This document shows positions 41,401-56,700 of a stretch of 64,000 nt of DNA, in pieces. The DNA is from Auanema rhodensis (Eukaryota; Animalia; Nematoda). Numbering within the stretch: position 1 is the first letter of the stretch; every line of letters begins with the position of its first letter. The notes under the pieces were generated by a model. It ran no database searches. It saw only the letters and a list, made by a program, of their open reading frames with translations, and was not told where the DNA came from. The stretch covers positions 1,364,001-1,428,000 of the forward strand of contig OZ059900.1 of assembly GCA_964057225.1 (NCBI GenBank), written 5' to 3'. Position numbers and translations under genes: made by a program.

Positions 41401-44400
41401 CAAAAGTCTTCAAATATACACTAATAATGTGTAAATCACTGAATTTCACTCAAATAGCTTTACTACACTAAGTATGGTCGTTTTTATGCCTTTAACACCA
41501 TATACTCACCGATTTTTGGTACAAAATCTGTGATACTCGTAAATTTTGATCATATTCGTTAAGATTTGAGAATCAAACATACAATACACAAAATCAGTCT
41601 ATTTTTATGAGCTTGCACTGATATATATTCATTTTGATCAAAAAAGGTCGAAAATAGAAAGAATTTTTGAAATTTCCGAGTTTTGAGTCTAATTTGGCTA
41701 AATCGCTCATATATAAGATCAGAAGCATAGTTTTATTGTCTATGACAACAAAAATCATCAATTAAACGCTAGTGATATTTAAATACTGATTTTCGCTCAA
41801 ATAGCATTACTACACTAAGTATGGTCGTTTTTATGCCTTTAACACCATATACTCACCGATTTTTGGTACAAAATCTGTAATACTCGTAAATTTTGATCAT
41901 ATTCGGTGAGATTCGAGAATCAAACACACAATACACGAAATAAGTTTATTTTGACGAGTTTGCACTGATATTTATTCATTTTGATCAAAAAAGGTCGAAA
42001 ATAGAAAGAATTTTTGAATTTTCCGAGTTTTGAGTCCAATTGGGCTAAATCGCTCATATATATGACCAAAGCATAGTTTTACTGTCTATGATAACAAAAG
42101 TCTTCAAATATACACTAATAATGATTAAATCACTGAATTTCACTCAAATAGCATTACTACACTAAGTATGGTCGTTTTTATGCCTTTAACACCATATACT
42201 CACCGATTTTTGGTACAAAATCTGTGATACTCGTAAATTTTGATCATATTCGTTAAGATTTGAGAATCAAACATACAATACACAAAATCAGTCTATTTTT
42301 ATGAGCTTGCACTGATATATATTCATTTTGATCAAAAAAGGTCGAAAATAGAAAGAATTTTTGAATTTTCCGAGTTTTGAGTCCAATTGGGCTAAATCGC
42401 TCATATATATGATCAAAAGCATAGTTTTACTGTCTATGATAACAAAAGTCTTCAAATATACACTAATAATGTGTAAATCACTGAATTTCACTCAAATAGC
42501 TTTACTACACTAAGTATGGTCGTTTTTATGCCTTTAACACCATATACTCACCGATTTTTGGTACAAAATCTGTAATACTCGTAAATTTCGATCATATTCG
42601 TTAAGATTCGAGAATCAAACACACAATACACGAAATAAGTTTATTTTTACCAGTTTGCACTGATATTTATTCATTTTGATCAAAAAAGGTCGAAAATAGA
42701 AAGAATTTTTGAATTTTCCGAGTTTTGAGTCCAATTGGGCTAAATCGCTCATATATATGATCAAAAGCATAGTTTCACTGTCTATGATAACAAAAGTCTT
42801 CAAATATACACTAGTAATGATTAAATCACTGAATTTCACTCAAATAGCTTTACTACACTAAGTATGGTCGTTTTTATGCCTTTAACACCATATACTCACC
42901 GATTTTTGGTACAAAATCTGTAATACTCGTAAATTTTGATCATATCCGTTAAGATTCGAGAATCAAACACACAATACACGAAATAAGTTTATTTTTACGA
43001 GTTTGCACTGATATTTATTCATTTTGATCAAAAAAGGTCGAAAATAGAAAGAATTTTTGAATTTTCCGAGTTTTGAGTCCAATTGGGCTAAATCGCTCAT
43101 ATATATGATCAAAAGCATAGTTTCACTGTCTATGATAACAAAAGTCTTCAAATATACACTAGTAATGATTAAATCACTGAATTTCACTCAAATAGCATTA
43201 CTACACTAAGTATGGTCGTTTTTATGCCTTTAACACCATATACTCACCGATTTTTGGTACAAAATCTGTAATACTTGTAAATTTTGATCATATTCGTTAA
43301 GATTTGAGAATCAAACACATAATACACGAAATAAGTCTTTTTTTACAAGTTTGCACTGATATTTATTCATTTTGATCAAAAAAGGTCGAAAATAGAAAGA
43401 ATTTTTGAAATTTCCGAGTTTTGAGTCCAATTTGGCTAAATCGCTCATATATATGATCAAAAGCATAGTTCTATTGTCTATAACAACAAAAGTCTTTAAT
43501 TAAACGCTAGTGATGTTTTAATACTGAATTTCGCTCAAATAGCATTACTACACTAAGTATGGTCGTTTTTATGCCTTTAACACCATATACTCACCGATTT
43601 TTGGTACAAAATCTGTAATACTTGTAAATTTTGATCATATTCGTTAAGATTCGAGAATCAAACACACAATACACGAAATAAGTTTATTTTTACAAGTTTG
43701 CACTGATATTTATTCATTTTGATCAAAAAAGGTCGAAAATAGAAAGAATTTTTGAAATTTCCGAGTTTTGAGTCTAATTTGGCTAAATCGCTCATATATA
43801 TGATCAAAAGCATAGTTTTATTGTCTATAACAACAAAAGTCATCAATTAAACGCTAGTGATGTTTAAATACTGAATTTCGCTCAAATAGCATTACTACAC
43901 TAAGTATGGTCGTTTTTATGCCTTTAACACCATATACTCACCGATTTTTGGTACAAAATCTGTAATACTCGTAAATTTTGATCATATTTGTTAAGATTTG
44001 AGAATCAAACATACAATACACAAAATCAATCTATTTTTATGAGCTTGCACTGATATATATTCATTTTGATCAAAAAAGGTCGAAAATAGAAAGAATTTTT
44101 GAAATTTCCGAGTTTTGAGTCTAATTTGGCTAAATCGCTCATATATAAGATCAGAAGCATAGTTTTATTGTCTATGACAACAAAAATCATCAATTAAACG
44201 CTAGTGATATTTAAATACTGATTTTCGCTCAAATAGCATTACTACACTAAGTATGGTCGTTTTTATGCCTTTAACACCATATACTCACCGATTTTTGGTA
44301 CAAAATCTGTAATACTCGTAAATTTTGATCATATTCGTTAAGATTTGAAAATCAAACACACAATAAACAAAATCAGTCTATTTTTATGAGTTTGCACTGA

Positions 44401-45783
44401 TATATATTCATTTTGATCAAAAAAGGTCGAAAATAGAAAGAATTTTTGAATTTTCCGAGTTTTGAGTCCAATTGGGCTAAATCGCTCATATATATAATCA
44501 AAAGCATAGTTTTACTGTCTATGATAACAAAAGTCATCAATTAAACGCTAGTGATGTTTAAATACTGATTTTCGCTCAAATAGCATTACTACACTAAGTA
44601 TGGTCGTTTTTATGCCTTTAACACCATATACTCACCGATTTTTGGTACAAAATCTGTGATACTCGTAAATTTTGATCATATTCGGTGAGATTCGAGAATC
44701 AAACACACAATACACGAAATAAGTTTATTTTTATGAGTTTGCACTGATATATATTCATTTTGATCAAAAAAGGTCGAAAATAGAAAGAATTTTTGAATTT
44801 TCCGAGTTTTGAGTCTAATTTGGCTAAATCGCTCATATATATGATCAAAAGCATAGTTTTATTGTCTATAACAACAAAAGTCATCAATTAAACGCTAGTG
44901 ATATTTAAATACTGATTTTCGCTCAAATAGCATTACTACACTAAGTATGGTCGTTTTTATGCCTTTAACACCATATACTCACCGATTTTTGGTACAAAAT
45001 CTGTAATACTCGTAAATTTTGATCATATTCGTTAAGATTTGAAAATCAAACACACAATAAACAAAATCAGTCTATTTTTATGAGTTTGCACTGATATATA
45101 TTCATTTTGATCAAAAAAGGTCGAAAATAGAAAGAATTTTTGAATTTTCCGAGTTTTGAGTCTAATTTGGCTAAATCGCTCATATATATGATCAAAAGCA
45201 TAGTTTTACTGTCTATGATAACAAAAGTCTTCAAATATACACTAATAATGATTAAATCACTGAATTTCACTCAAATAGCATTACTACACTAAGTATGGTC
45301 GTTTTTATGCCTTTAACACCATATACTCACCGATTTTTGGTACAAAATCTGTGATACTCGTAAATTTTGATCATATTCGGTGAGATTCGAGAATCGAACA
45401 CACAATACACGAAATAAGTCTATTTTTACGAGTTTGCACTGATATTTATTCATTTTGATCAAAAAAGGTCGAAAATAGAAAGAATTTTTGAAATTTCCGA
45501 GTTTTGAGTCTAATTTGGCTAAATCGCTCATATATATGATCAAAAGCATAGTTTTACTGTCTATGATAACAAAAGTCTTCAAATATACACTAATAATGTG
45601 TAAATCACTGAATTTCACTCAAATAGCTTTACTACACTAAGTATGGTCGTTTTTATGCCTTTAACACCATATACTCACCGATTTTTGGTACAAAATCTGT
45701 AATACTCGTAAATTTCGATCATATTCGTTAAGATTCGAGAATTAAACACACAATACACGAAATAAGTTTATTTTTACCAGTTT

Positions 45784-47370
45784 GCACTGATATTTATTCA
45801 TTTTGATCAAAAAAGGTCGAAAATAGAAAGAATTTTTGAATTTTCCGAGTTTTGAGTCCAATTGGGCTAAATCGCTCATATATATGATCAAAAGCATAGT
45901 TTCACTGTCTATGATAACAAAAGTCTTCAAATATACACTAGTAATGATTAAATCACTGAATTTCACTCAAATAGCTTTACTACACTAAGTATGGTCGTTT
46001 TTATGCCTTTAACACCATATACTCACCGATTTTTGGTACAAAATCTGTGATACTCGTAAATTTTGATCATATTCGGTGAGATTCGAGAATCAAACACACA
46101 ATACACGAAATAAGTTTATTTTTACGAGTTTGCACTGATATTTATTCATTTTGATCAAAAAAGGTCGAAAATAGAAAGAATTTTTGAAATTTCCGAGTTT
46201 TGAGTCTAATTTGGCTAAATCGCTCATATATATGATCAAAAGCATAGTTTTACTGTCTATGATAACAAAAGTCTTCAAATATACACTAATAATGTGTAAA
46301 TCACTGAATTTCACTCAAATAGCTTTACTACACTAAGTATGGTCGTTTTTATGCCTTTAACACCATATACTCACCGATTTTTGGTACAAAATCTGTGATA
46401 CTCGTAAATTTTGATCATATTCGTTAAGATTTGAGAATCAAACATACAATACACAAAATCAGTCTATTTTTATGAGCTTGCACTGATATATATTCATTTT
46501 GATCAAAAAAGGTCGAAAATAGAAAGAATTTTTGAAATTTCCGAGTTTTGAGTCTAATTTGGCTAAATCGCTCATATGCACTGATATTTATTCATTTTGA
46601 TCAAAAAAGGTCGAAAATAGAAAGAATTTTTGAATTTTCCGAGTTTTGAGTCCAATTGGGCTAAATCGCTCATATATATGATCAAAAGCATAGTTTCACT
46701 GTCTATGATAACAAAAGTCTTCAAATATACACTAGTAATGATTAAATCACTGAATTTCACTCAAATAGCTTTACTACACTAAGTATGGTCGTTTTTATGC
46801 CTTTAACACCATATACTCACCGATTTTTGGTACAAAATCTGTGATACTCGTAAATTTTGATCATATTCGGTGAGATTCGAGAATCAAACACACAATACAC
46901 GAAATAAGTTTATTTTTACGAGTTTGCACTGATATTTATTCATTTTGATCAAAAAGGTCGAAAATAGAAAGAATTTTTGAAATTTCCGAGTTTTGAGTCT
47001 AATTTGGCTAAATCGCTCATATATATGATCAAAAGCATAGTTTTACTGTCTATGATAACAAAAGTCTTCAAATATACACTAATAATGTGTAAATCACTGA
47101 ATTTCACTCAAATAGCTTTACTACACTAAGTATGGTCGTTTTTATGCCTTTAACACCATATACTCACCGATTTTTGGTACAAAATCTGTGATACTCGTAA
47201 ATTTTGATCATATTCGTTAAGATTTGAGAATCAAACATACAATACACAAAATCAGTCTATTTTTATGAGCTTGCACTGATATATATTCATTTTGATCAAA
47301 AAAGGTCGAAAATAGAAAGAATTTTTGAAATTTCCGAGTTTTGAGTCTAATTTGGCTAAATCGCTCATAT
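45784..47370 (+). repeat. Out-of-register 794-bp tandem duplication (45784-46577 / 46578-47370)
   Basis: Junction 'aatcgctcatat|gcactgatattt' at 46577/46578. 794 = 2 x 348 + 98. The second copy lacks one A at ~46951 (793 bp). Confidence 0.88.
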
Positions 47371-50300
47371 ATAAGATCAGAAGCATAGTTTTATTGTCTA
47401 TGACAACAAAAATCATCAATTAAACGCTAGTGATATTTAAATACTGATTTTCGCTCAAATAGCATTACTACACTAAGTATGGTCGTTTTTATGCCTTTAA
47501 CACCATATACTCACCGATTTTTGGTACAAAATCTGTAATACTCGTAAATTTTGATCATATTCGGTGAGATTCGAGAATCAAACACACAATACACGAAATA
47601 AGTTTATTTTGACGAGTTTGCACTGATATTTATTCATTTTGATCAAAAAAGGTCGAAAATAGAAAGAATTTTTGAATTTTCCGAGTTTTGAGTCCAATTG
47701 GGCTAAATCGCTCATATATATGATCAAAAGCATAGTTTTACTGTCTATGATAACAAAAGTCTTCAAATATACACTAATAATGATTAAATCACTGAATTTC
47801 ACTCAAATAGCATTACTACACTAAGTATGGTCGTTTTTATGCCTTTAACACCATATACTCACCGATTTTTGGTACAAAATCTGTGATACTCGTAAATTTT
47901 GATCATATTCGGTGAGATTCGAGAATCGAACACACAATACACGAAATAAGTCTATTTTTACGAGTTTGCACTGATATTTATTCATTTTGATCAAAAAAGG
48001 TCGAAAATAGAAAGAATTTTTGAAATTTCCGAGTTTTGAGTCTAATTTGGCTAAATCGCTCATATATATGATCAAAAGCATAGTTTTACTGTCTATGACA
48101 ACAAAAGTCATTAATTAAACGCTAGTGATGTTTAAATACTGAATTTCGCTCAAATAGCATTACTACACTAAGTATGGTCGTTTTTATGCCTTTAACACCA
48201 TATACTCACCGATTTTTGGTACAAAATCTGTAATACTCGTAAATTTTGATCATATTCGGTGAGATTCGAGAATCAAACACACAATACACGAAATAAGTTT
48301 ATTTTGACGAGTTTGCACTGATATTTATTCATTTTGATCAAAAAAGGTCGAAAATAGAAAGAATTTTTGAAATTTCCGAGTTTTGAGTCTAATTTGGCTA
48401 AATCGCTCATATATATGATCAAAAGCATAGTTTTACTGTCTATGATAACAAAAGTCTTCAAATATACACTAATAATGTGTAAATCACTGAATTTCACTCA
48501 AATAGCTTTACTACACTAAGTATGGTCGTTTTTATGCCTTTAACACCATATACTCACCGATTTTTGGTACAAAATCTGTGATACTCGTAAATTTTGATCA
48601 TATTCGTTAAGATTTGAGAATCAAACATACAATACACAAAATCAGTCTATTTTTATGAGCTTGCACTGATATATATTCATTTTGATCAAAAAAGGTCGAA
48701 AATAGAAAGAATTTTTGAAATTTCCGAGTTTTGAGTCTAATTTGGCTAAATCGCTCATATATAAGATCAGAAGCATAGTTTTATTGTCTATGACAACAAA
48801 AATCATCAATTAAACGCTAGTGATATTTAAATACTGATTTTCGCTCAAATAGCATTACTACACTAAGTATGGTCGTTTTTATGCCTTTAACACCATATAC
48901 TCACCGATTTTTGGTACAAAATCTGTAATACTCGTAAATTTTGATCATATTCGGTGAGATTCGAGAATCAAACACACAATACACGAAATAAGTTTATTTT
49001 GACGAGTTTGCACTGATATTTATTCATTTTGATCAAAAAAGGTCGAAAATAGAAAGAATTTTTGAATTTTCCGAGTTTTGAGTCCAATTGGGCTAAATCG
49101 CTCATATATATGATCAAAAGCATAGTTTTACTGTCTATGATAACAAAAGTCTTCAAATATACACTAATAATGATTAAATCACTGAATTTCACTCAAATAG
49201 CATTACTACACTAAGTATGGTCGTTTTTATGCCTTTAACACCATATACTCACCGATTTTTGGTACAAAATCTGTGATACTCGTAAATTTTGATCATATTC
49301 GGTGAGATTCGAGAATCGAACACACAATACACGAAATAAGTCTATTTTTACGAGTTTGCACTGATATTTATTCATTTTGATCAAAAAAGGTCGAAAATAG
49401 AAAGAATTTTTGAAATTTCCGAGTTTTGAGTCTAATTTGGCTAAATCGCTCATATATATGATCAAAAGCATAGTTTTACTGTCTATGATAACAAAAGTCT
49501 TCAAATATACACTAATAATGTGTAAATCACTGAATTTCACTCAAATAGCTTTACTACACTAAGTATGGTCGTTTTTATGCCTTTAACACCATATACTCAC
49601 CGATTTTTGGTACAAAATCTGTAATACTCGTAAATTTCGATCATATTCGTTAAGATTCGAGAATCAAACACACAATACACGAAATAAGTTTATTTTTACC
49701 AGTTTGCACTGATATTTATTCATTTTGATCAAAAAAGGTCGAAAATAGAAAGAATTTTTGAATTTTCCGAGTTTTGAGTCCAATTGGGCTAAATCGCTCA
49801 TATATATGATCAAAAGCATAGTTTCACTGTCTATGATAACAAAAGTCTTCAAATATACACTAGTAATGATTAAATCACTGAATTTCACTCAAATAGCTTT
49901 ACTACACTAAGTATGGTCGTTTTTATGCCTTTAACACCATATACTCACCGATTTTTGGTACAAAATCTGTAATACTCGTAAATTTTGATCATATCCGTTA
50001 AGATTCGAGAATCAAACACACAATACACGAAATAAGTTTATTTTGACGAGTTTGCACTGATATTTATTCATTTTGATCAAAAAAGGTCGAAAATAGAAAG
50101 AATTTTTGAATTTTCCGAGTTTTGAGTCCAATTGGGCTAAATCGCTCATATATATGATCAAAAGCATAGTTTTACTGTCTATGATAACAAAAGTCTTCAA
50201 ATATACACTAATAATGATTAAATCACTGAATTTCACTCAAATAGCATTACTACACTAAGTATGGTCGTTTTTATGCCTTTAACACCATATACTCACCGAT

Positions 50301-50707
50301 TTTTGGTACAAAATCTGTGATACTCGTAAATTTTGATCATATTCGGTGAGATTCGAGAATCGAACACACAATACACGAAATAAGTCTATTTTTACGAGTT
50401 TGCACTGATATTTATTCATTTTGATCAAAAAAGGTCGAAAATAGAAAGAATTTTTGAAATTTCCGAGTTTTGAGTCTAATTTGGCTAAATCGCTCATATA
50501 TATGATCAAAAGCATAGTTTTACTGTCTATGATAACAAAAATCTTCAAATATACACTAATAATGTGTAAATCACTGAATTTCACTCAAATAGCTTTACTA
50601 CACTAAGTATGGTCGTTTTTATGCCTTTAACACCATATACTCACCGATTTTTGGTACAAAATCTGTAATACTCGTAAATTTCGATCATATTCGTTAAGAT
50701 TCGAGAA

Positions 50708-53700
50708 TCAAACACACAATACACGAAATAAGTTTATTTTTTTCAGTTTGCACTGATATTTATTCATTTTGATCAAAAAAGGTCGAAAATAGAAAGAATT
50801 TTTGAATTTTCCGAGTTTTGAGTCCAATTGGGCTAAATCGCTCATATATATGATCAAAAGCATAGTTTCACTGTCTATGATAACAAAAGTCTTCAAATAT
50901 ACACTAGTAATGATTAAATCACTGAATTTCACTCAAATAGCTTTACTACACTAAGTATGGTCGTTTTTATGCCTTTAACACCATATACTCACCGATTTTT
51001 GGTACAAAATCTGTAATACTCGTAAATTTTGATCATATCCGTTAAGATTCGAGAATCAAACACACAATACACGAAATAAGTTTATTTTTACGAGTTTGCA
51101 CTGATATTTATTCATTTTGATCAAAAAAGGTCGAAAATAGAAAGAATTTTTGAATTTTCCGAGTTTTGAGTCCAATTGGGCTAAATCGCTCATATATATG
51201 ATCAAAAGCATAGTTTCACTGTCTATGATAACAAAAGTCTTCGAATATACACTAGTAATGATTAAATCACTGAATTTCACTCAAATAGCATTACTACACT
51301 AAGTATGGTCGTTTTTATGCCTTTAACACCATATACTCACCGATTTTTGGTACAAAATCTGTAATACTTGTAAATTTTGATCATATTCGTTAAGATTTGA
51401 GAATCAAACACATAATACACGAAATAAGTCTTTTTTTACAAGTTTGCACTGATATTTATTCATTTTGATCAAAAAAGGTCGAAAATAGAAAGAATTTTTG
51501 AAATTTCCGAGTTTTGAGTCCAATTTGGCTAAATCGCTCATATATATGATCAAAAGCATAGTTCTATTGTCTATAACAACAAAAGTCTTCAATTAAACGC
51601 TAGTGATGTTTTAATACTGAATTTCGCTCAAATAGCATTACTACACTAAGTATGGTCGTTTTTATGCCTTTAACACCATATACTCACCGATTTTTGGTAC
51701 AAAATCTGTAATACTTGTAAATTTTGATCATATTCGTTAAGATTCGAAAATCAAACACACAATACACGAAATAAGTTTATTTTTACAAGTTTGCACTGAT
51801 ATTTATTCATTTTGATCAAAAAAGGTCGAAAATAGAAAGAATTTTTGAAATTTCCGAGTTTTGAGTCTAATTTGGCTAAATCGCTCATATATATGATCAG
51901 AAGCATAAGTGTATTGTCTATGACAACAAAAGTCATTAATTAAACGCTAGTGATGTTTATATACTGAATTTCGCTCAAATAGCATTACTACACTAAGTAT
52001 GGTCGTTTTTATGCCTTTAACACCATATACTCACCGATTTTTGGTACAAAATCTGTAATACTCGTAAATTTTGATCATATTCGTTCAGATTTGAGAATCA
52101 AACATACAATACACAAGATGAATCTATTTTTATGAGCTTGCACTGATATATATTCATTTTGATCAAAAAAGGTCGAAAATAGAAAGAATTTTTGAACTTT
52201 CCGAGTTTTGAGTCTAATTTGGCTAAATCGCTCATTTATATGATCAAAAGCATAGTTTTACTGTCTATGATAACAAAAGTCTTCAAATATACACTAATAA
52301 TGTGTAAATCACTGAATTTCACTCAAATAGCTTTACTACACTAAGTATGGTCGTTTTTATGCCTTTAACACCATATACTCACCGATTTTTGGTACAAAAT
52401 CTGTAATACTCGTAAATTTCGATCATATTCGTTAAGATTCGAGAATCAAACACACAATACACGAAATAAGTTTATTTTTACCAGTTTGCACTGATATTTA
52501 TTCATTTTGATCAAAAAAGGTCGAAAATAGAAAGAATTTTTGAATTTTCCGAGTTTTGAGTCCAATTGGGCTAAATCGCTCATATATATGATCAAAAGCA
52601 TAGTTTCACTGTCTATGATAACAAAAGTCTTCAAATATACACTAGTAATGATTAAATCACTGAATTTCACTCAAATAGCTTTACTACACTAAGTATGGTC
52701 GTTTTTATGCCTTTAACACCATATACTCACCGATTTTTGGTACAAAATCTGTAATACTCGTAAATTTTGATCATATCCGTTAAGATTCGAGAATCAAACA
52801 CACAATACACGAAATAAGTTTATTTTTACGAGTTTGCACTGATATTTATTCATTTTGATCAAAAAAGGTCGAAAATAGAAAGAATTTTTGAATTTTCCGA
52901 GTTTTGAGTCCAATTGGGCTAAATCGCTCATATATATGATCAAAAGCATAGTTTCACTGTCTATGATAACAAAAGTCTTCAAATATACACTAGTAATGAT
53001 TAAATCACTGAATTTCACTCAAATAGCATTACTACACTAAGTATGGTCGTTTTTATGCCTTTAACACCATATACTCACCGATTTTTGGTACAAAATCTGT
53101 AATACTTGTAAATTTTGATCATATTCGTTAAGATTTGAGAATCAAACATACAATACACGAAATAAGTCTTTTTTTACAAGTTTGCACTGATATTTATTCA
53201 TTTTGATCAAAAAAGGTCGAAAATAGAAAGAATTTTTGAAATTTCCGAGTTTTGAGTCCAATTTGGCTAAATCGCTCATATATATGATCAAAAGCATAGT
53301 TCTATTGTCTATAACAACAAAAGTCTTTAATTAAACGCTAGTGATGTTTTAATACTGAATTTCGCTCAAATAGCATTACTACACTAAGTATGGTCGTTTT
53401 TATGCCTTTAACACCATATACTCACCGATTTTTGGTACAAAATCTGTAATACTTGTAAATTTTGATCATATTTGTTAAGATTCGAAAATCAAACACACAA
53501 TACACGAAATAAGTTTATTTTTACAAGTTTGCACTGATATTTATTCATTTTGATCAAAAAAGGTCGAAAATAGAAAGAATTTTTGAAATTTCCGAGTTTT
53601 GAGTCTAATTTGGCTAAATCGCTCATATATATGATCAGAAGCATAAGTGTATTGTCTATGACAACAAAAGTCATTAATTAAACGCTAGTGATGTTTAAAT

Positions 53701-56700
53701 ACTGAATTTCGCTCAAATAGCATTACTACACTAAGTATGGTCGTTTTTATGCCTTTAACACCATATACTCACCGATTTTTGGTACAAAATCTGTAATACT
53801 CGTAAATTTTGATCATATTCGGTGAGATTCGAGAATCAAACACACAATACACGAAATAAGTTTATTTTGACGAGTTTGCACTGATATTTATTCATTTTGA
53901 TCAAAAAAGGTCGAAAATAGAAAGAATTTTTGAAATTTCCGAGTTTTGAGTCTAATTTGGCTAAATCGCTCATATATATGATCAAAAGCATAGTTTTACT
54001 GTCTATGATAACAAAAGTCTTCAAATATACACTAATAATGTGTAAATCACTGAATTTCACTCAAATAGCTTTACTACACTAAGTATGGTCGTTTTTATGC
54101 CTTTAACACCATATACTCACCGATTTTTGGTACAAAATCTGTGATACTCGTAAATTTTGATCATATTCGTTAAGATTTGAGAATCAAACATACAATACAC
54201 AAAATCAGTCTATTTTTATGAGCTTGCACTGATATATATTCATTTTGATCAAAAAAGGTCGAAAATAGAAAGAATTTTTGAAATTTCCGAGTTTTGAGTC
54301 TAATTTGGCTAAATCGCTCATATATAAGATCAGAAGCATAGTTTTATTGTCTATGACAACAAAAATCATCAATTAAACGCTAGTGATATTTAAATACTGA
54401 TTTTCGCTCAAATAGCATTACTACACTAAGTATGGTCGTTTTTATGCCTTTAACACCATATACTCACCGATTTTTGGTACAAAATCTGTAATACTCGTAA
54501 ATTTTGATCATATTCGGTGAGATTCGAGAATCAAACACACAATACACGAAATAAGTTTATTTTGACGAGTTTGCACTGATATTTATTCATTTTGATCAAA
54601 AAAGGTCGAAAATAGAAAGAATTTTTGAATTTTCCGAGTTTTGAGTCCAATTGGGCTAAATCGCTCATATATATGATCAAAAGCATAGTTTTACTGTCTA
54701 TGATAACAAAAGTCTTCAAATATACACTAATAATGATTAAATCACTGAATTTCACTCAAATAGCATTACTACACTAAGTATGGTCGTTTTTATGCCTTTA
54801 ACACCATATACTCACCGATTTTTGGTACAAAATCTGTGATACTCGTAAATTTTGATCATATTCGGTGAGATTCGAGAATCGAACACACAATACACGAAAT
54901 AAGTCTATTTTTACGAGTTTGCACTGATATTTATTCATTTTGATCAAAAAAGGTCGAAAATAGAAAGAATTTTTGAAATTTCCGAGTTTTGAGTCTAATT
55001 TGGCTAAATCGCTCATATATATGATCAAAAGCATAGTTTTACTGTCTATGATAACAAAAGTCTTCAAATATACACTAATAATGTGTAAATCACTGAATTT
55101 CACTCAAATAGCTTTACTACACTAAGTATGGTCGTTTTTATGCCTTTAACACCATATACTCACCGATTTTTGGTACAAAATCTGTAATACTCGTAAATTT
55201 CGATCATATTCGTTAAGATTCGAGAATCAAACACACAATACACGAAATAAGTTTATTTTTACCAGTTTGCACTGATATTTATTCATTTTGATCAAAAAAG
55301 GTCGAAAATAGAAAGAATTTTTGAATTTTCCGAGTTTTGAGTCCAATTGGGCTAAATCGCTCATATATATGATCAAAAGCATAGTTTCACTGTCTATGAT
55401 AACAAAAGTCTTCAAATATACACTAGTAATGATTAAATCACTGAATTTCACTCAAATAGCTTTACTACACTAAGTATGGTCGTTTTTATGCCTTTAACAC
55501 CATATACTCACCGATTTTTGGTACAAAATCTGTAATACTCGTAAATTTTGATCATATCCTTTAAGATTCGAGAATCAAACACACAACACACGAAATAAGT
55601 TTATTTTTACGAGTTTGCACTGATATTTATTCATTTTGATCAAAAAAGGTCGAAAATAGAAAGAATTTTTGAATTTTCCGAGTTTTGAGTCCAATTGGGC
55701 TAAATCGCTCATATATATGATCAAAAGCATAGTTTCACTGTCTATGATAACAAAAGTCTTCAAATATACACTAGTAATGATTAAATCACTGAATTTCACT
55801 CAAATAGCATTACTACACTAAGTATGGTCGTTTTTATGCCTTTAACACCATATACTCACCGATTTTTGGTACAAAATCTGTAATACTTGTAAATTTTGAT
55901 CATATTCGTTAAGATTTGAGAATCAAACACATAATACACGAAATAAGTCTTTTTTTACAAGTTTGCACTGATATTTATTCATTTTGATCAAAAAAGGTCG
56001 AAAATAGAAAGAATTTTTGAAATTTCCGAGTTTTGAGTCCAATTTGGCTAAATCGCTCATATATATGATCAAAAGCATAGTTCTATTGTCTATAACAACA
56101 AAAGTCTTTAATTAAACGCTAGTGATGTTTTAATACTGAATTTCGCTCAAATAGCATTACTACACTAAGTATGGTCGTTTTTATGCCTTTAACACCATAT
56201 ACTCACCGATTTTTGGTACAAAATCTGTAATACTTGTAAATTTTGATCATATTCGTTAAGATTCGAAAATCAAACACACAATACACGAAATAAGTTTATT
56301 TTTACAAGTTTGCACTGATATTTATTCATTTTGATCAAAAAAGGTCGAAAATAGAAAGAATTTTTGAAATTTCCGAGTTTTGAGTCTAATTTGGCTAAAT
56401 CGCTCATATATATGATCAGAAGCATAAGTGTATTGTCTATGACAACAAAAGTCATTAATTAAACGCTAGTGATGTTTAAATACTGAATTTCGCTCAAATA
56501 GCATTACTACACTAAGTATGGTCGTTTTTATGCCTTTAACACCATATACTCACCGATTTTTGGTACAAAATCTGTAATACTCGTAAATTTTGATCATATT
56601 CGTTCAGATTTGAGAATCAAACATACAATACACAAGATGAATCTATTTTTATGAGCTTGCACTGATATATATTCATTTTGATCAAAAAAGGTCGAAAATA

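Noticed and set aside
46951-46955. A5 instead of A6 in conserved box 1
   Set aside because: A single homopolymer indel may be a sequencing error; used only to reconcile the 794/793-bp lengths.
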